This document shows positions 41,760 to 53,120 of a stretch of 64,000 nt of DNA, piece by piece. Both the position numbers and the translations under genes were made by a program. Below the pieces are notes generated by a model that saw only the letters and a list, made by a program, of their open reading frames with translations, ran no database searches and had not been told where the DNA came from. Within the stretch, counting starts at the first letter, position 1. Each line of letters begins with the position of its first letter. Source of the stretch: Octopus bimaculoides (lineage: Eukaryota); assembly GCF_001194135.2 (NCBI RefSeq), contig NC_068985.1, forward strand, positions 22,176,632 to 22,240,631, read 5' to 3'.

Positions 41760-42547
41760 AAAGGAGTCAGTCAGGTGGACCTGGTATCGACCATGTTCAG
41801 ATGGCGCTTTTTATGTGCCACCAGTATTGAGCCAGTCAGAGGACAATGCCATTGACCATGTTCGAATGATGCATGATACATTTTATGTGCCACCGGAATG
41901 GGAGTCAGTCAGGGGGCACTAGCCACAGCTACGATTTTGGTTTTACTTAACTCAACAGGTCTTCTCAAGCATATCATATCACCCGACACATCAAGGGTAC
42001 TCTTAAATGGGCCAGACATGCAACACTGGCATCAGCTATGGCTGCAATCTCACTTTAGTTGCCGGGTCTTCTCAATCACAGTATATCTCCAAAGGTCTCA
42101 GTCACTAGTCATTGCCTCTGTCAGGCCCAATGTTCGAAGGTCGTACTTCACTGCCTCATCCACAGGTTCCTTCCACAGTTCGGGTGTAACACTTCCTCAC
42201 ACAGCTGTCCTCATCCATACATAACACATGACCATACCAGCACAGTTGTCTCTCTTGCACGCCACATTTGATGCTTCTTATGTCCAACTTTTCTCTCAGG
42301 GTGCTCACACTCTGTCGTGTATGCACACTGACATTACACATCCAGCAGATAATATTAGCTTCATTTCTTTCAAGCCTATGCATGTCCTCAGCAGTCATGG
42401 CCCATGCTTCACTGCCATGTAGCATGGCAGTTTGCACACATGCATCATACAGTCTNNNNNNNNNNCCATGTAGCATGGCAGTTTGCACACATGCATCATA
42501 CAGTCTACCTTTCATCCTGAGCGAGAGGCCTTTAGTTGTCAGTAGAG
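41760..42547 (-). mobile_element. RTE LINE 3' part with repeat tail
   Basis: KGRLYDACVQTAMLHGSEAWAMTAEDMHRLERNE...CWYGHVLCMDEDSCV; 3' UTR with GAGCCAGTCAGG subrepeats. Confidence 0.9.
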
Positions 42548-42869
42548 TTGCCAGTGTAAGCTACGGGTACACATAAGAGGTGTAGCAATATCAAAAGAAG
42601 GTTAACCAGGAAGATAGATTTTGTGTGGCAGATGCACAGGGGCAATAAACACTGAGATGCTCAGAAAACAGATTCCATCACATGCCAGGGGCAAAAACTA
42701 GAAGTAGTTGACAGCTTCCACTACCCAGGCAACCAAGTCTGTAGTGGGTGTGGTTGCTCTGAGAGTGTAGCAGCTAGAATAAGAATAGCCTGGGCAAAGT
42801 TCAGGAAGCTCCTACCTCTGCTGGCAACTAAGGGCCTCTCTCTTAGGATGAAAGGTAGACTGTATGATG
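42548..42869 (+). mobile_element. Inverted upstream segment of the same RTE family
   Basis: Decayed CKLxVHKRCSNIK...CGRC...KLEVVDSF...GCSESVAARIRIAWAKFRKLLPLLATKGLSLRMKGRLYD on the plus strand. Confidence 0.85.
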
Positions 42870-43347
42870 TGTACATATGTGTGAGTGTTTGTGTTTCTCC
42901 ATCATCACCACTGCCACCATCTCTTGACAACCAGTATTGGTTTGTTTATGCTTCTGTAACTTAGCAATTCAGAGTCAGAGACAGACAGAATCAGAACCAG
43001 GCTTAAAAAATAAATACTAGCATTGATTTGCTTGACTAACCCTTCAAGGTAATGTCCCAGCATGGCCACAATTCAATGACTAAAATAAATAAAAGATAAA
43101 AGATACTCAGTTATTGACAACCTTTTAGCTCATTGGTTAATTCTCACACTGTCCTTCAATTATAAAAAAACATACCATAATTCAAAAATATTTTTCAATC
43201 TCTTGTATACTAGAGAACTAAACTTGAATACTGGTTTATAAAACAAATGTCATATATTTAAATGACAGTTTATTATAATTATATCACTGAATTTATGAAA
43301 TAGTGCATATGTAGCACCCGCTAAATTCATGTTACTAATATACTTAC

Positions 43348-43562
43348 CATTAACAAACAAAATCTTTACTATAATGTATGTGTTTCAAATAATTACATTT
43401 CAAAATATATTTTTTACTTCTATCTATGAGTAAAAATTCTTGGTGCTCCTCTATAGAGCTAACACAGTTCTCTTCTTCCTTAGAAATATTTTTTCTATGA
43501 CCAACAGAATGGAAATTTTTTTCAAAACTAAGCCTGTGGATGCAATCTTGCCAAGTATACAA
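43348..43562 (-). CDS. Candidate exon 5 (LYTWQDCIHRLSFEK...HYSKDFVC-stop)
   Basis: Strong acceptor ttttctatatttatctcag, consensus donor ATG|gtaagt; 70 open codons, then TAA 2 nt before the donor. Confidence 0.55.
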
Positions 43563-44010
43563 CTGAGATAAATATAGAAAATAAAAATTAATTAAATATT
43601 TTACCAATAAAGAGACCTACACTCAGACAATTATATTTGATAAAACTAAAACATTTTTTTTATTCAAATATATTTTCAATTCCAACATGTTTCAATTATG
43701 GTCCTGTAATTCCATTCATTATTATTCACTTCATTTTGATCAGATCAATAAGATCCAGCTTATATTAAGCAGAGAAAACTTACATTAAGAAAGGCTATAA
43801 AACAAACACAGACATTAAATCTGTTTGCAAAAGAGATTTAAGCAGTTATAATTCCATCCATCTTGTAGCATAAGGAGGTATTAAACATGTACTAGATAGT
43901 TCAACTGATCTCAAAGAGTTTGATAAATTATTAGTATTATATTATTGAATGTTTGAATCTATTTTGGTGAGAGGGAGGTACTAGATTTACATGGATTAAA
44001 GACTATGTAA

Positions 44011-44230
44011 GTATTGGTTTCAAATATTGGCATGAGGCCTGTAATTTCAGGGAAGGGGGTAAGTCAATTACATCAACTCCGGTGCACAACTGGTACATAT
44101 TTCACTGACCCTGAAAGGATGAAAGGCAAAGTCAACCTTGGCAGGGATTGAAATCAGAACATAAACATGGATGAAATGTCACTAAGCATTTTGCCCAGCA
44201 TGCTAATGATTTTGCCAGCTCACCACCTTA
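44011..44230 (-). mobile_element. SINE family B
   Basis: Perfect 13-bp TSD AAAGACTATGTAA (43998-44010, 44231-44243). Confidence 0.9.
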
Positions 44231-45834
44231 AAAGACTATGTAAATGTTATTATGTAAACTGTACACTGATATATCACTATATATCACATACAATGTTATA
44301 CTACTAAATAGTTTATAAATGGATGACCATACCAACAACAAGCATGAAATTTAATACAACTGTATAATTTAATATAATTATTTATATATTGAAAATAAAA
44401 TATCATTTCCCTTTTTTATCTTCTTATTTATTTTTTAAATTTTTTTTCAGTACAAGATAAATAACTCAATACCAGTAAAAATTAATGCCAGTTATTTATA
44501 AAATATTTGTTTATTACTCTCTTTGAATTTTGTATTCAGATATTCATTTTACCATACCACTTCCTAAAAAGATAAATTCGCTTTAGAAATAGAATTCAAA
44601 CATTCTGAAATATAAAATGTAAATAATGTATTTTAAAAGTGGCTTTCAAATATCTTTCCCATAAAGCTAAATAGTTCCAACAACCAAATAAAACTTTCAA
44701 TCTAAATTCTGATTTAAAAGGCAAAAAAGAGCTATGAATATATTTATTATCAATTAAACAATTAACATTCAAGGGGATGTGATGGGTATATTATATTATC
44801 TTCACAATAAAATCTCTAAGGTATTTGGGTTAAAGAAAGCATAATAAATAAATATAATTTACTAATGAAGCATTACATTTTGGGAAGTAGATTTATCACC
44901 ACATCTGATTGACTTTCATTTTGATATTGATTTCTTACAAAGACACAGAATCTCAAATTTATAGAGGAGAATAAAATAAAACTTCAACGATCAGAAATAA
45001 AAATAAATTGCAAGGGCAGGGATGTGTGCGTGCGTATGTATATGTATGTGGTTGTATTAGTGTCTCCTTATCTTGACATTGAATGGTTAGTTGTCACCAT
45101 TATACAAGTGATGCCCTTTGTTTCCAGTCTCCCATGGCAACATACCTGGCTATGGTGAAAGATTACCTTACTTGGGAACAAGTGAAGCTAAGTGGCAAGA
45201 AGGGCATCTGGCCATAGAAATCTACCTCAATGAATTCTGACTGACCCATGGCAAATTGAACATTAAGACAATGATGATGATATCCAATGACATAATCATT
45301 GGATATGCCTCTTTATAAAGAATAATGACTTAATCACTATTCTTTGTGAAGAGGTAGCAAAAGGAAGAACACTTTCTTGGACACTTCCATGCTTTTTCTT
45401 ACTCTAATAAAGAACAGTTGCAAATCTTCTATTATTTATCTATTCATTCAAATATAGATATCTAGCTCCTTGAAAAACCTTCAGATATTTAATGTCCTTT
45501 AATTGCTATTCCTTCTATGCTTGTTGTTTGTGTCTGCTAGGTTAAAAGATTTGCAATATCTTCAAGTGGATAATATCAATTTAAAGTTGATTGAGTTTAC
45601 ATTTTTGTGTAATCTTTAGTTGTAGGAAATATTAAATACCAAACTCTGTAAGAAAACACATACATTTTTTCAAACAGTCTCTACAAGTCATTTGAATTAT
45701 TATTATCATTGTTGTTGTCATTATCTACCAGCAATTAAATGACAGTTAGAATCAATTAGCTGATTCGCATTTTCAACATATCTTTTGTGTCTACTGAATA
45801 AAGGAGACTGGCATTTTAAGAGGAAGTGATTCAC

Positions 45835-45851
45835 CTTTATGTGAAACAGGT
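45835..45851 (-). CDS. Candidate 17-nt microexon 4 (DLFHIK)
   Basis: Acceptor tatatttcctctccttaaag, donor AAG|gtgaat. Phase 1 to 0 joins the 49631 and 43562 exons in frame. Confidence 0.4.
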
Positions 45852-46640
45852 CTTTAAGGAGAGGAAATATACTTGAAAGCAAAACTTAAGTAAAAGACTT
45901 GACTAATAATATACTTCTAAATATCAGGGAAGTTGTTGTTACCATTTATTTATTTTAGTAGGAACATCAATAATAAATAAAGGAGGGCAAAATAAATGAA
46001 TATCAAAACTCAAAGAATTTCTGAGTGCACAACTTTTTATTTATTTCAACAAACTACTTGTATCCCTCTAAGCACTAACTATAAGCGTCTATATAGTTAT
46101 TTTAGTTATTTTAAAACCCATTGTGTTTCTACTAAAGTCTTCTTTTCTCAATGAAAGGTTTTCAGCTGAGCACAATACAGACAAGATACTCTCCAATTGC
46201 AATGAACACTGAACCTGTTCACGTTTATGTTAAGTTGATTTTGTTTAAATACCTACAGAGTGGGGATTTTTAAACTTTTTCTTTCTTTTACATCAAACAC
46301 TTGTTCTGTTCATGTTCAGCCCTACGTCGGATCTGACTGAGAAAACAAACCTATAATTACAGACATTCCAACCATGACTATTCTATCTTTTTCCTGGATA
46401 CAGTGTACCTATGTACCTAGGGCCACATTGTCAATGTCTCGCTTTCGTTTTTTTTTTTTTTTTCTAAGATGGTGTGTTTCCAAGGAGATTTTCATACTAT
46501 CAAACAGGTCCATAGATGAGTCCTAATATAAATGCCTCTCTGGCTAACTCCAGCCTCTGGGCCACAGAAATATTGTATCCTCTCTACAACTTTTATGATG
46601 CTACAACAAATGTCTCTGGTACTCAGAACTGGCTATCTTT

Positions 46641-46860
46641 ATATTGGTTTCAAGTTTTGGCATAAGGCCAGTAATTCTGAAGAAGGGGTAAGTTAATTAT
46701 ATCAACCCCAGTGCTCAAATGGTATTTATTTTATCAACTTCAAAGGGATGAAGGGTAAAGTGGATCCTGGTGGCATTTGAACTTGGAATGTAAAGATGGA
46801 CAAAATGCTGCTAAGCCTTTTGATCAGTGTACTAACAATTCTGCCAGCTCACTGCCATGA
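46641..46860 (-). mobile_element. SINE family B
   Basis: Full length; 11-bp TSD CTA(T/C)CTTTATA. Confidence 0.85.
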
Positions 46861-46919
46861 CTACCTTTATACTAACTTTACACCAATCTTCCCAATCTAG
46901 AATGTCAATCTTCTGAAAC

Positions 46920-48207
46920 ATTCTCTTTACTCTTTTACTTGTTTCAGTCATTTGACTGTGGCCATGCTGGAGCACCGCCTTTTAGTCGAGCAAATCGACC
47001 CCAGGACTTATTCTTTGGAAGCCTAGTACTTATTCTATCGATTTCTTTTGCCGAACTGCTAAGTTACGGGGACGTAAACACACCAACATCAGTTGTCAAG
47101 TGATGTTAGGGGGACAAACACAGACACAAACATACACNNNNNNNNNNNNNNNNNNNNNNNNNNNNNNNNNNNNNNNNNNNNNNNNNNNNNNNNNNNNNNN
47201 NNNNNNNNNNNNNNNNNNNNNNNNNNNNNNNNNNNNNNNNNNNNNNNNNNNNNNNNNNNNNNNNNNNNNNNNNNNNNNNNNNNNNNNNNNNNNNNNNNNN
47301 NNNNNNNNNNNNNNNNNNNNNNNNNNNNNNNNNNNNNNNNNNNNNNNNNNNNNNNNNNNNNNNNNNNNNNNNNNNNNNNNNNNNNNNNNNNNNNNNNNNN
47401 NNNNNNNNNNNNNNNNNNNNNNNNNNNNNNNNNNNNNNNNNNNNNNNNNNNNNNNNNNNNNNNNNNNNNNNNNNNNNNNNNNNNNNNNNNNNNNNNNNNN
47501 NNNNNNNNNNNNNNNNNNNNNNNNNNNNNNNNNNNNNNNNNNNNNNNNNNNNNNNNNNNNNNNNNNNNNNNNNNNNNNNNNNNNNNNNNNNNNNNNNNNN
47601 NNNNNNNNNNNNNNNNNNNNNNNNNNNNNNNNNNNNNNNNNNNNNNNNNNNNNNNNNNNNNNNNNNNNNNNNNNNNNNNNNNNNNNNNNNNNNNNNNNNN
47701 NNNNNNNNNNNNNNNNNNNNNNNNNNNNNNNNNNNNNNNNNNNNNNNNNNNNNNNNNNNNNNNNNNNNNNNNNNNNNNNNNNNNNNNNNNNNNNNNNNNN
47801 NNNNNNNNNNNNNNNNNNNNNNNNNNNNNNNNNNNNNNNNNNNNNNNNNNNNNNNNNNNNNNNNNNNNNNNNNNNNNNNNNNNNNNNNNNNNNNNNNNCA
47901 GGGCCCCTCCCTTTCGGAATAGGATTAGCCAATCCTTTTCCTCACAGGGTGAGCCCATAGCTTCTACTGTCGGCGGCACAATTCCCGCCGACCTGCTTTC
48001 CTCCGTTGGTGGCACAATTCCCACCAACGGAGTGTCGGGACATGCCAGCGGTGCACTATCGAGCACCGGCCGTGCCTCGTTCTTTTTTTTCTTTTTCTTT
48101 GGGGCCACTGGAGTAGGGCGTACTTCCGCCTTTGCCGGAAGGTCCTCCTCCTCCCCCATGATTTTCGGTAAGCAAGCTACTTACCACACAGCCACTCATG
48201 CGCCTAT
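46920..48207 (-). mobile_element. SINE family A interrupted by a gap and a GC-rich insert
   Basis: 3' half at 46920-47137 and 5' head at 48165-48207, both reverse matches to 53693-54070. Confidence 0.8.
47899..48164 (-). mobile_element. GC/CpG-rich ORF-bearing insert, possibly a LINE ORF1/gag-like fragment
   Basis: Open frame MGEEEDLPAKAEVRPTPVAPKKKKKKNEARP...; composition sharply unlike the flanks; family not recognised. Confidence 0.4.
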
Positions 48208-48805
48208 GTTTCTCCTGCAACCATTGCTTTCAATAGTTCTGGAGGCCCCATAAAGTCTCAAATGTTACTTACCTAACTATAAAGATAGATTAACATTTCA
48301 TATCACATAAAAGAATTGATTGTACTTGTTTATCATTTCATTATTTACTGTTTTATATGATTGCAGTTTTTTTATTAACAGTATTTATTTTTATCAAGTA
48401 GGATTTTAATACCTTTTCTAAGTATTTGTTTTTATCTCTAACCTAAATTTAGATTTCATAGATAAATTAAATACAAACATAGTTTAATATTTTTAGGTTA
48501 AAATATTTGAGTTAAAATCGTTCTAATTTAAGCAAATGTGAAAAAAAGAGAAAATATAGCAATTATGAATAATAACCATATGTTAATAGAAATTTGACAT
48601 TAAACAAGTATTTTGTAGGAAATCTAACTCATTGGGCATAGATACAGGCATAGCTGTATGGTTAAGAATTTCTATACAGTCCCATGGTTCTGAGTTCAAT
48701 CCATCTACATGGTACTTTGGAGCATTCCTGGTGTAATTTGGGGTCAATCAATGTGTTGTGAGCAAAATTTAGTAGATGGAAATTGTTTGGAAGCCAACTG
48801 AATAA

Positions 48806-48854
<49 letters not shown>

Positions 48855-49147
48855 GGTTTTGCTCTAGTTTTCTTTTATGCCCAGTTAGCTTTACCTTTCC
48901 TCGACTAAAATAAGTAAAATAAGTATCAGGGTCAATATAATCAACTAAAACCTTTGATTATGATATCCCAGTAGGGTTGTAGTCCAATAACTGAAACCAG
49001 TAAAAGAATAAATGAAATAGATGTTTATTCAAATGAATGCATATGTGTGATTTCTTGCAAGGAAATGTGATATCCTAACAGTTAACTGCAGAAGGTTTTC
49101 CCATAACAGATCCAAACATTTATTGGAAATCTCATGTACAGCAATTA

Positions 49148-49181
<34 letters not shown>

Positions 49182-49630
49182 TCCATCACCACCATTATTA
49201 TCATCATCATTTAACATCAGTTTTCTATGCTGGAATGGATTGGATGATTCAACAAGAGCTGGTGAACTAGTGGACTGCACCAAGCTTCACTGTCTGTTTT
49301 GGCATAGTTTCTATGGTTAGATGCTCTTCCTAATGCCAACCACTTTACAGAGTGTACCAGATGCATTATATTACATGGCACCAAGTAACTTGCAAGATAA
49401 GACCCCTTCAAATGGGTGGGGAGCAGTATTGACGGCAGTGGTTTTTTGCCAGGTAATGAGAGGTTAAAGTACGATAGAGGGACAGGAACAGGTGTTTCAC
49501 TGCAGGGGAGATACATGGTTACCCCAGAAGGTTACCCCATCAGATAGTACTTAATCATTAACACACCACTTTTAATGTTAGATTTCAGCAACAGATACAA
49601 TAGGTTTAAATTAATATTTTACCCACTCAC

Positions 49631-49699
49631 CCATTGTATCAATGACAAAATATAAAATTTCAGAGCCATATTTTCTAACACTTACTTTTATAAATATAG
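49631..49699 (-). CDS. Candidate exon 3 (SIFIKVSVRKYGSEILYFVIDTM)
   Basis: Strong acceptor tatttttttatttttcataacag, donor TGG|gtgagt, 69 nt phase 1 to 1, in frame with exon 50654-50698. An internal AAA|gtaagt would give a 14-nt form. Confidence 0.6.
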
Positions 49700-50653
49700 C
49701 TGTTATGAAAAATAAAAAAATATATAAACCAATTTTGATCACTCATTTGTAATTAAGCTATTTATAATTCCAAGAATACATTCGTTATATATTGAATATA
49801 AAGGTGGATATTGAATTGATAAAATATGTACAGAATGATTTTTATTTTAAATATTCCTAGATATCCCTTGAACAAAGTGCAGTGACATATTTGCTAAAAT
49901 TTCTGTTTGAAACATCAGTGTTATAAATCTCATTATGAATCATCATTGTTTTCCAGCCTAGCACAAGTTCCTTATTTTTATATATTTATTTTATATTTTA
50001 TATATTAATTTATTTACAATTTCAATTTCTAACACAGACATAATAATTAATTACAGGTTAAATCCAATCTAAATTTCACACCATTTCATATACTTCTAGG
50101 CTCATTAAACTGAACCTCCAGAAAAAGCATACATCAGTTTATTTGGTTAATAACAAGTACCATCTTTCATGAGTAGGTGATTTGCAGTAAAAGTATCATT
50201 CCACTATAAAAATATCTGTGCCAGCAATATGCAAGCATGTACGTTTGCTAAAAGTCATCTATCTCATCCAAGCTAGCTTAAAAATAAATGGAAACAAAAT
50301 CAATTTAATGATTAAACGAAAGACTAAGAGTCCATGAGGTTCTGTTTGTAACATTATTGATATTGAGAAGTATGAAAAGTGCAAAGTGTCTAGCAGAACA
50401 CGGTTAAATATATTTTTAGTGAAATATGAAATTTCTGCATGCTTTCTGCAGAAATTATTTGCAGATAACCTTATCACAAGCTGTTTACTACCAAACAAAA
50501 TAAATGGAAGAGTTTTCATAAGTGCATGAGCCAAAATAAAATAAGAGACATGTTTCTTATTTCATTTTGGTTCAGGCACAAAAGGAAATATAACAGAAAA
50601 CTAATTGTAATATTAACAAAAATTAATCATTTAACGATAACCATTTTACTTAC

Positions 50654-50698
50654 AGATGTCAGTTAATTGCTTAAAGAGCATTATAGGAAAATTATCAG
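50654..50698 (-). CDS. Candidate exon 2 (ADNFPIMLFKQLTDI)
   Basis: Branch-like CTAAT, pyrimidine tract, cag acceptor; donor TCT|gtaagt; 45 nt symmetric phase 1. Confidence 0.6.
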
Positions 50699-51002
50699 CT
50701 GAATTGATTGAAAACAAGTAAGATTAGACACAATTATAACAAAAGTATACACATACATTATAGCTATTTCAAGTTTAAACCTAAAGCTTTTAAGTTTCAT
50801 CAACTGAATCAAAAGCCCTAGTTTCCCTCTCAAAAGTTTGAAACAGTCTGAACAGCTGCTACTCAACAAGAAAGCAACACACAACTCTCTCACTATGGAA
50901 CACTGCATATTCACTGCACTGATACACAAACCAAGGAAATACATTGTTTTTTTATGTAAAAATGAAGTAAAGTTTTACTGAAATGATCTTTTCTAAGATG
51001 GT

Positions 51003-51432
51003 TTAACCCTTTAGTATTCAAACAAGCCACATCTGCCTAAATATTCTAAATATACTTGTTTTATACTCAAACCAGCCTCTCACACCTACCCTTCTGAAAA
51101 TAAACAATCATCATGAAAATCTCAAAGCTACAATATTCTTTTCTACTCTAGGCACAAGACCCAAAATTTGGAGGGAAGGGGCCAGTCAATTAGATTGACC
51201 CCAGTATGCAACTGGTACTTAATTTATTGACTCCTGAAATGATGAAAAGCAAAGTCGACCTTGGCAGAATTTGAACTCAGATGAAATACCGCTAAGCATT
51301 TTGCCCGGCATGCTAACATTTCTGCCAGCTCGTTGCTTTCTCAAAGCTACAATATTATATCTGAATAATTCAAAACAATGTGAATAAATAGGCATTACAT
51401 TTGACAGGATAATCTGAATGCTGAAGGGTTAA
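51003..51432 (-). mobile_element. TTAA-bounded MITE containing a nested SINE B
   Basis: TTAACCCTTTAG...CTGAAGGGTTAA ends; SINE B at 51138-51338 with a perfect 18-bp TSD TCTCAAAGCTACAATATT (51120-51137, 51339-51356). Confidence 0.85.
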
Positions 51433-51625
51433 CCCTTTTCGCCCTNNNNNNNNNNNNNNNNNNNNNNNNNNNNNNNNNNNNNNNNNNNNNNNNNNNNNNN
51501 NNNNNNNNNNNNNNNNNNNNNNNNNNNNNNNNNNNNNNNNNNNNNNNNNNNNNNNNNNNNNNNNNNNNNNNNNNNNNNNNNNNNNNNNNNNNNNNNNNNN
51601 NNNNNNNNNNNNNNNNNNNNNNNNG

Positions 51626-51877
51626 GCTTGTGCGGGTGGCACATAAAAGACACCATTTCGAGCGTGGCCGTTTTCGTGCGGGTGACATGTAAAAGCACCC
51701 ACTACACTCTCTGAGTGGTTGGCGTTAGGAAGGGCATCCAGCTGTAGAAACTCTGCCAAATCAGACTGGAGCCTGGTGTTGCCATCCGGTTTCACCAGTC
51801 CTCAGTCAAATCGTCCAACCCATGCTAGCATGGAAAGCGGACGTTAAACGATGATGATGATGATGATGATGATGATG
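51626..51877 (-). mobile_element. SINE family C, low divergence
   Basis: Reverse match to 32438-32735, ending in (GAT)n. Confidence 0.9.
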
Positions 51878-52461
51878 TTATACTAAAATGCACCTAATGC
51901 AACATACAACATAGGTTATCACTGCCATTGTTTCGATTAATTTTTAAAAGAATGAAGAATTTAGTAAAATAACTGTTGTTATCAAGCTGGTAACAAAATT
52001 AACATGAAATTTTGGTGGAAGCTTTTAATTTAAATCATTTTAAAACAAGAATTTTGTATCATAAAAGGAAGGTAGGGGTCTCAGATGGGTTGGCAGGGGT
52101 CTCAAAAGAGTCAAAAGATGCTCTTATGTGGATTTGGTTCCTCTGCATTTACTAATTATGACATCTCCACCTAAATTTACCTGATGCTCATCTTTTATTC
52201 TTTTTCCACTCTACTACAGTATTTACACTTTCAGTATCTTGTATCAAACATTTTACCCAATCCTTTCTCTCTAAAACTGCTTCGCTCTTGTCAATGATGC
52301 ACTTTTTAACAATTGGTTAACAATATTGTTTTTTCTAGCTGCTTTAATCTTCCAGTTATGGAAGGTTTTGAAGTACTATTTTTTTTCTCAAATAAACAAA
52401 GATTCTATTTCAAATTGATAACCTATGTTGTATGTTGCATTAGGTGCATTTTAGTATAACA
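51876..52461. repeat. Perfect 46-bp inverted repeat pair
   Basis: 51876-51921 is the exact reverse complement of 52416-52461. Confidence 0.9.
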
Positions 52462-52974
52462 ATAAATAAATCTTTATTGAACTAATCAATGAATATCAGA
52501 TAACAAATTCAAAGACTATTAAAAACAAAACAAGATTGTTTTTTATATCATGAGATTCTAACATTCTATACATTCCTCTGTATGGTGAAGAGAAAATCAG
52601 AACAATGAGCAGGATGAAATATTAGCTATAATAACCTTTAAAACTCTGACCAAGATAACCAAATCCATACAAAATATATACAAAGGATACCTAGTTATTA
52701 GCAAGTCATTGATGCTAACAAAGAACTTATTTTTCAATGCTTAAATCATGTCTGTGCTGAAAAGAACTCACTTCAAATGGAACAAAACATATGGAATGAA
52801 TAATTCTATTTCCAGAGACATAAGGTTATTTTCACATTAAAAACAACAAAACAGAAATTTTAATAATCTTCACAAAAATTATGCAAAGTTTTAAAAATTT
52901 TCAAACAGATTTGCTAAAACACATGGCAAGAACAAAGACTAATAATAGCTTATACACTACCAATATATATACTG

Positions 52975-53120
52975 TATATTATGTAAACTGTTTATATTAG
53001 TCAGACTGATGTCCTCATCTTGATTGCTGCTTTCTTTGTGTTTCGGCTGTTGTACATAGTGAAAGCAACAAGCAAGATGAAAACGCTAGTCTGACTAATA
53101 TAAACAAGATACATAATATA
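52975..53120. repeat. Long imperfect hairpin with perfect 19-bp core arms
   Basis: 52989-53007 pairs with 53088-53106; outer 10-bp arms and inner partial arms also pair. Confidence 0.85.

Noticed and set aside
42415-42506. 41-bp direct duplication inside the RTE fragment
   Set aside because: Identical copies flank a 10-N gap, typical of unmerged contig overlap.
50259-50944. ORFs of 91 and 87 aa flanking the 45-nt exon
   Set aside because: Their plausible splice sites are out of phase with neighbouring exons and give stops when joined.
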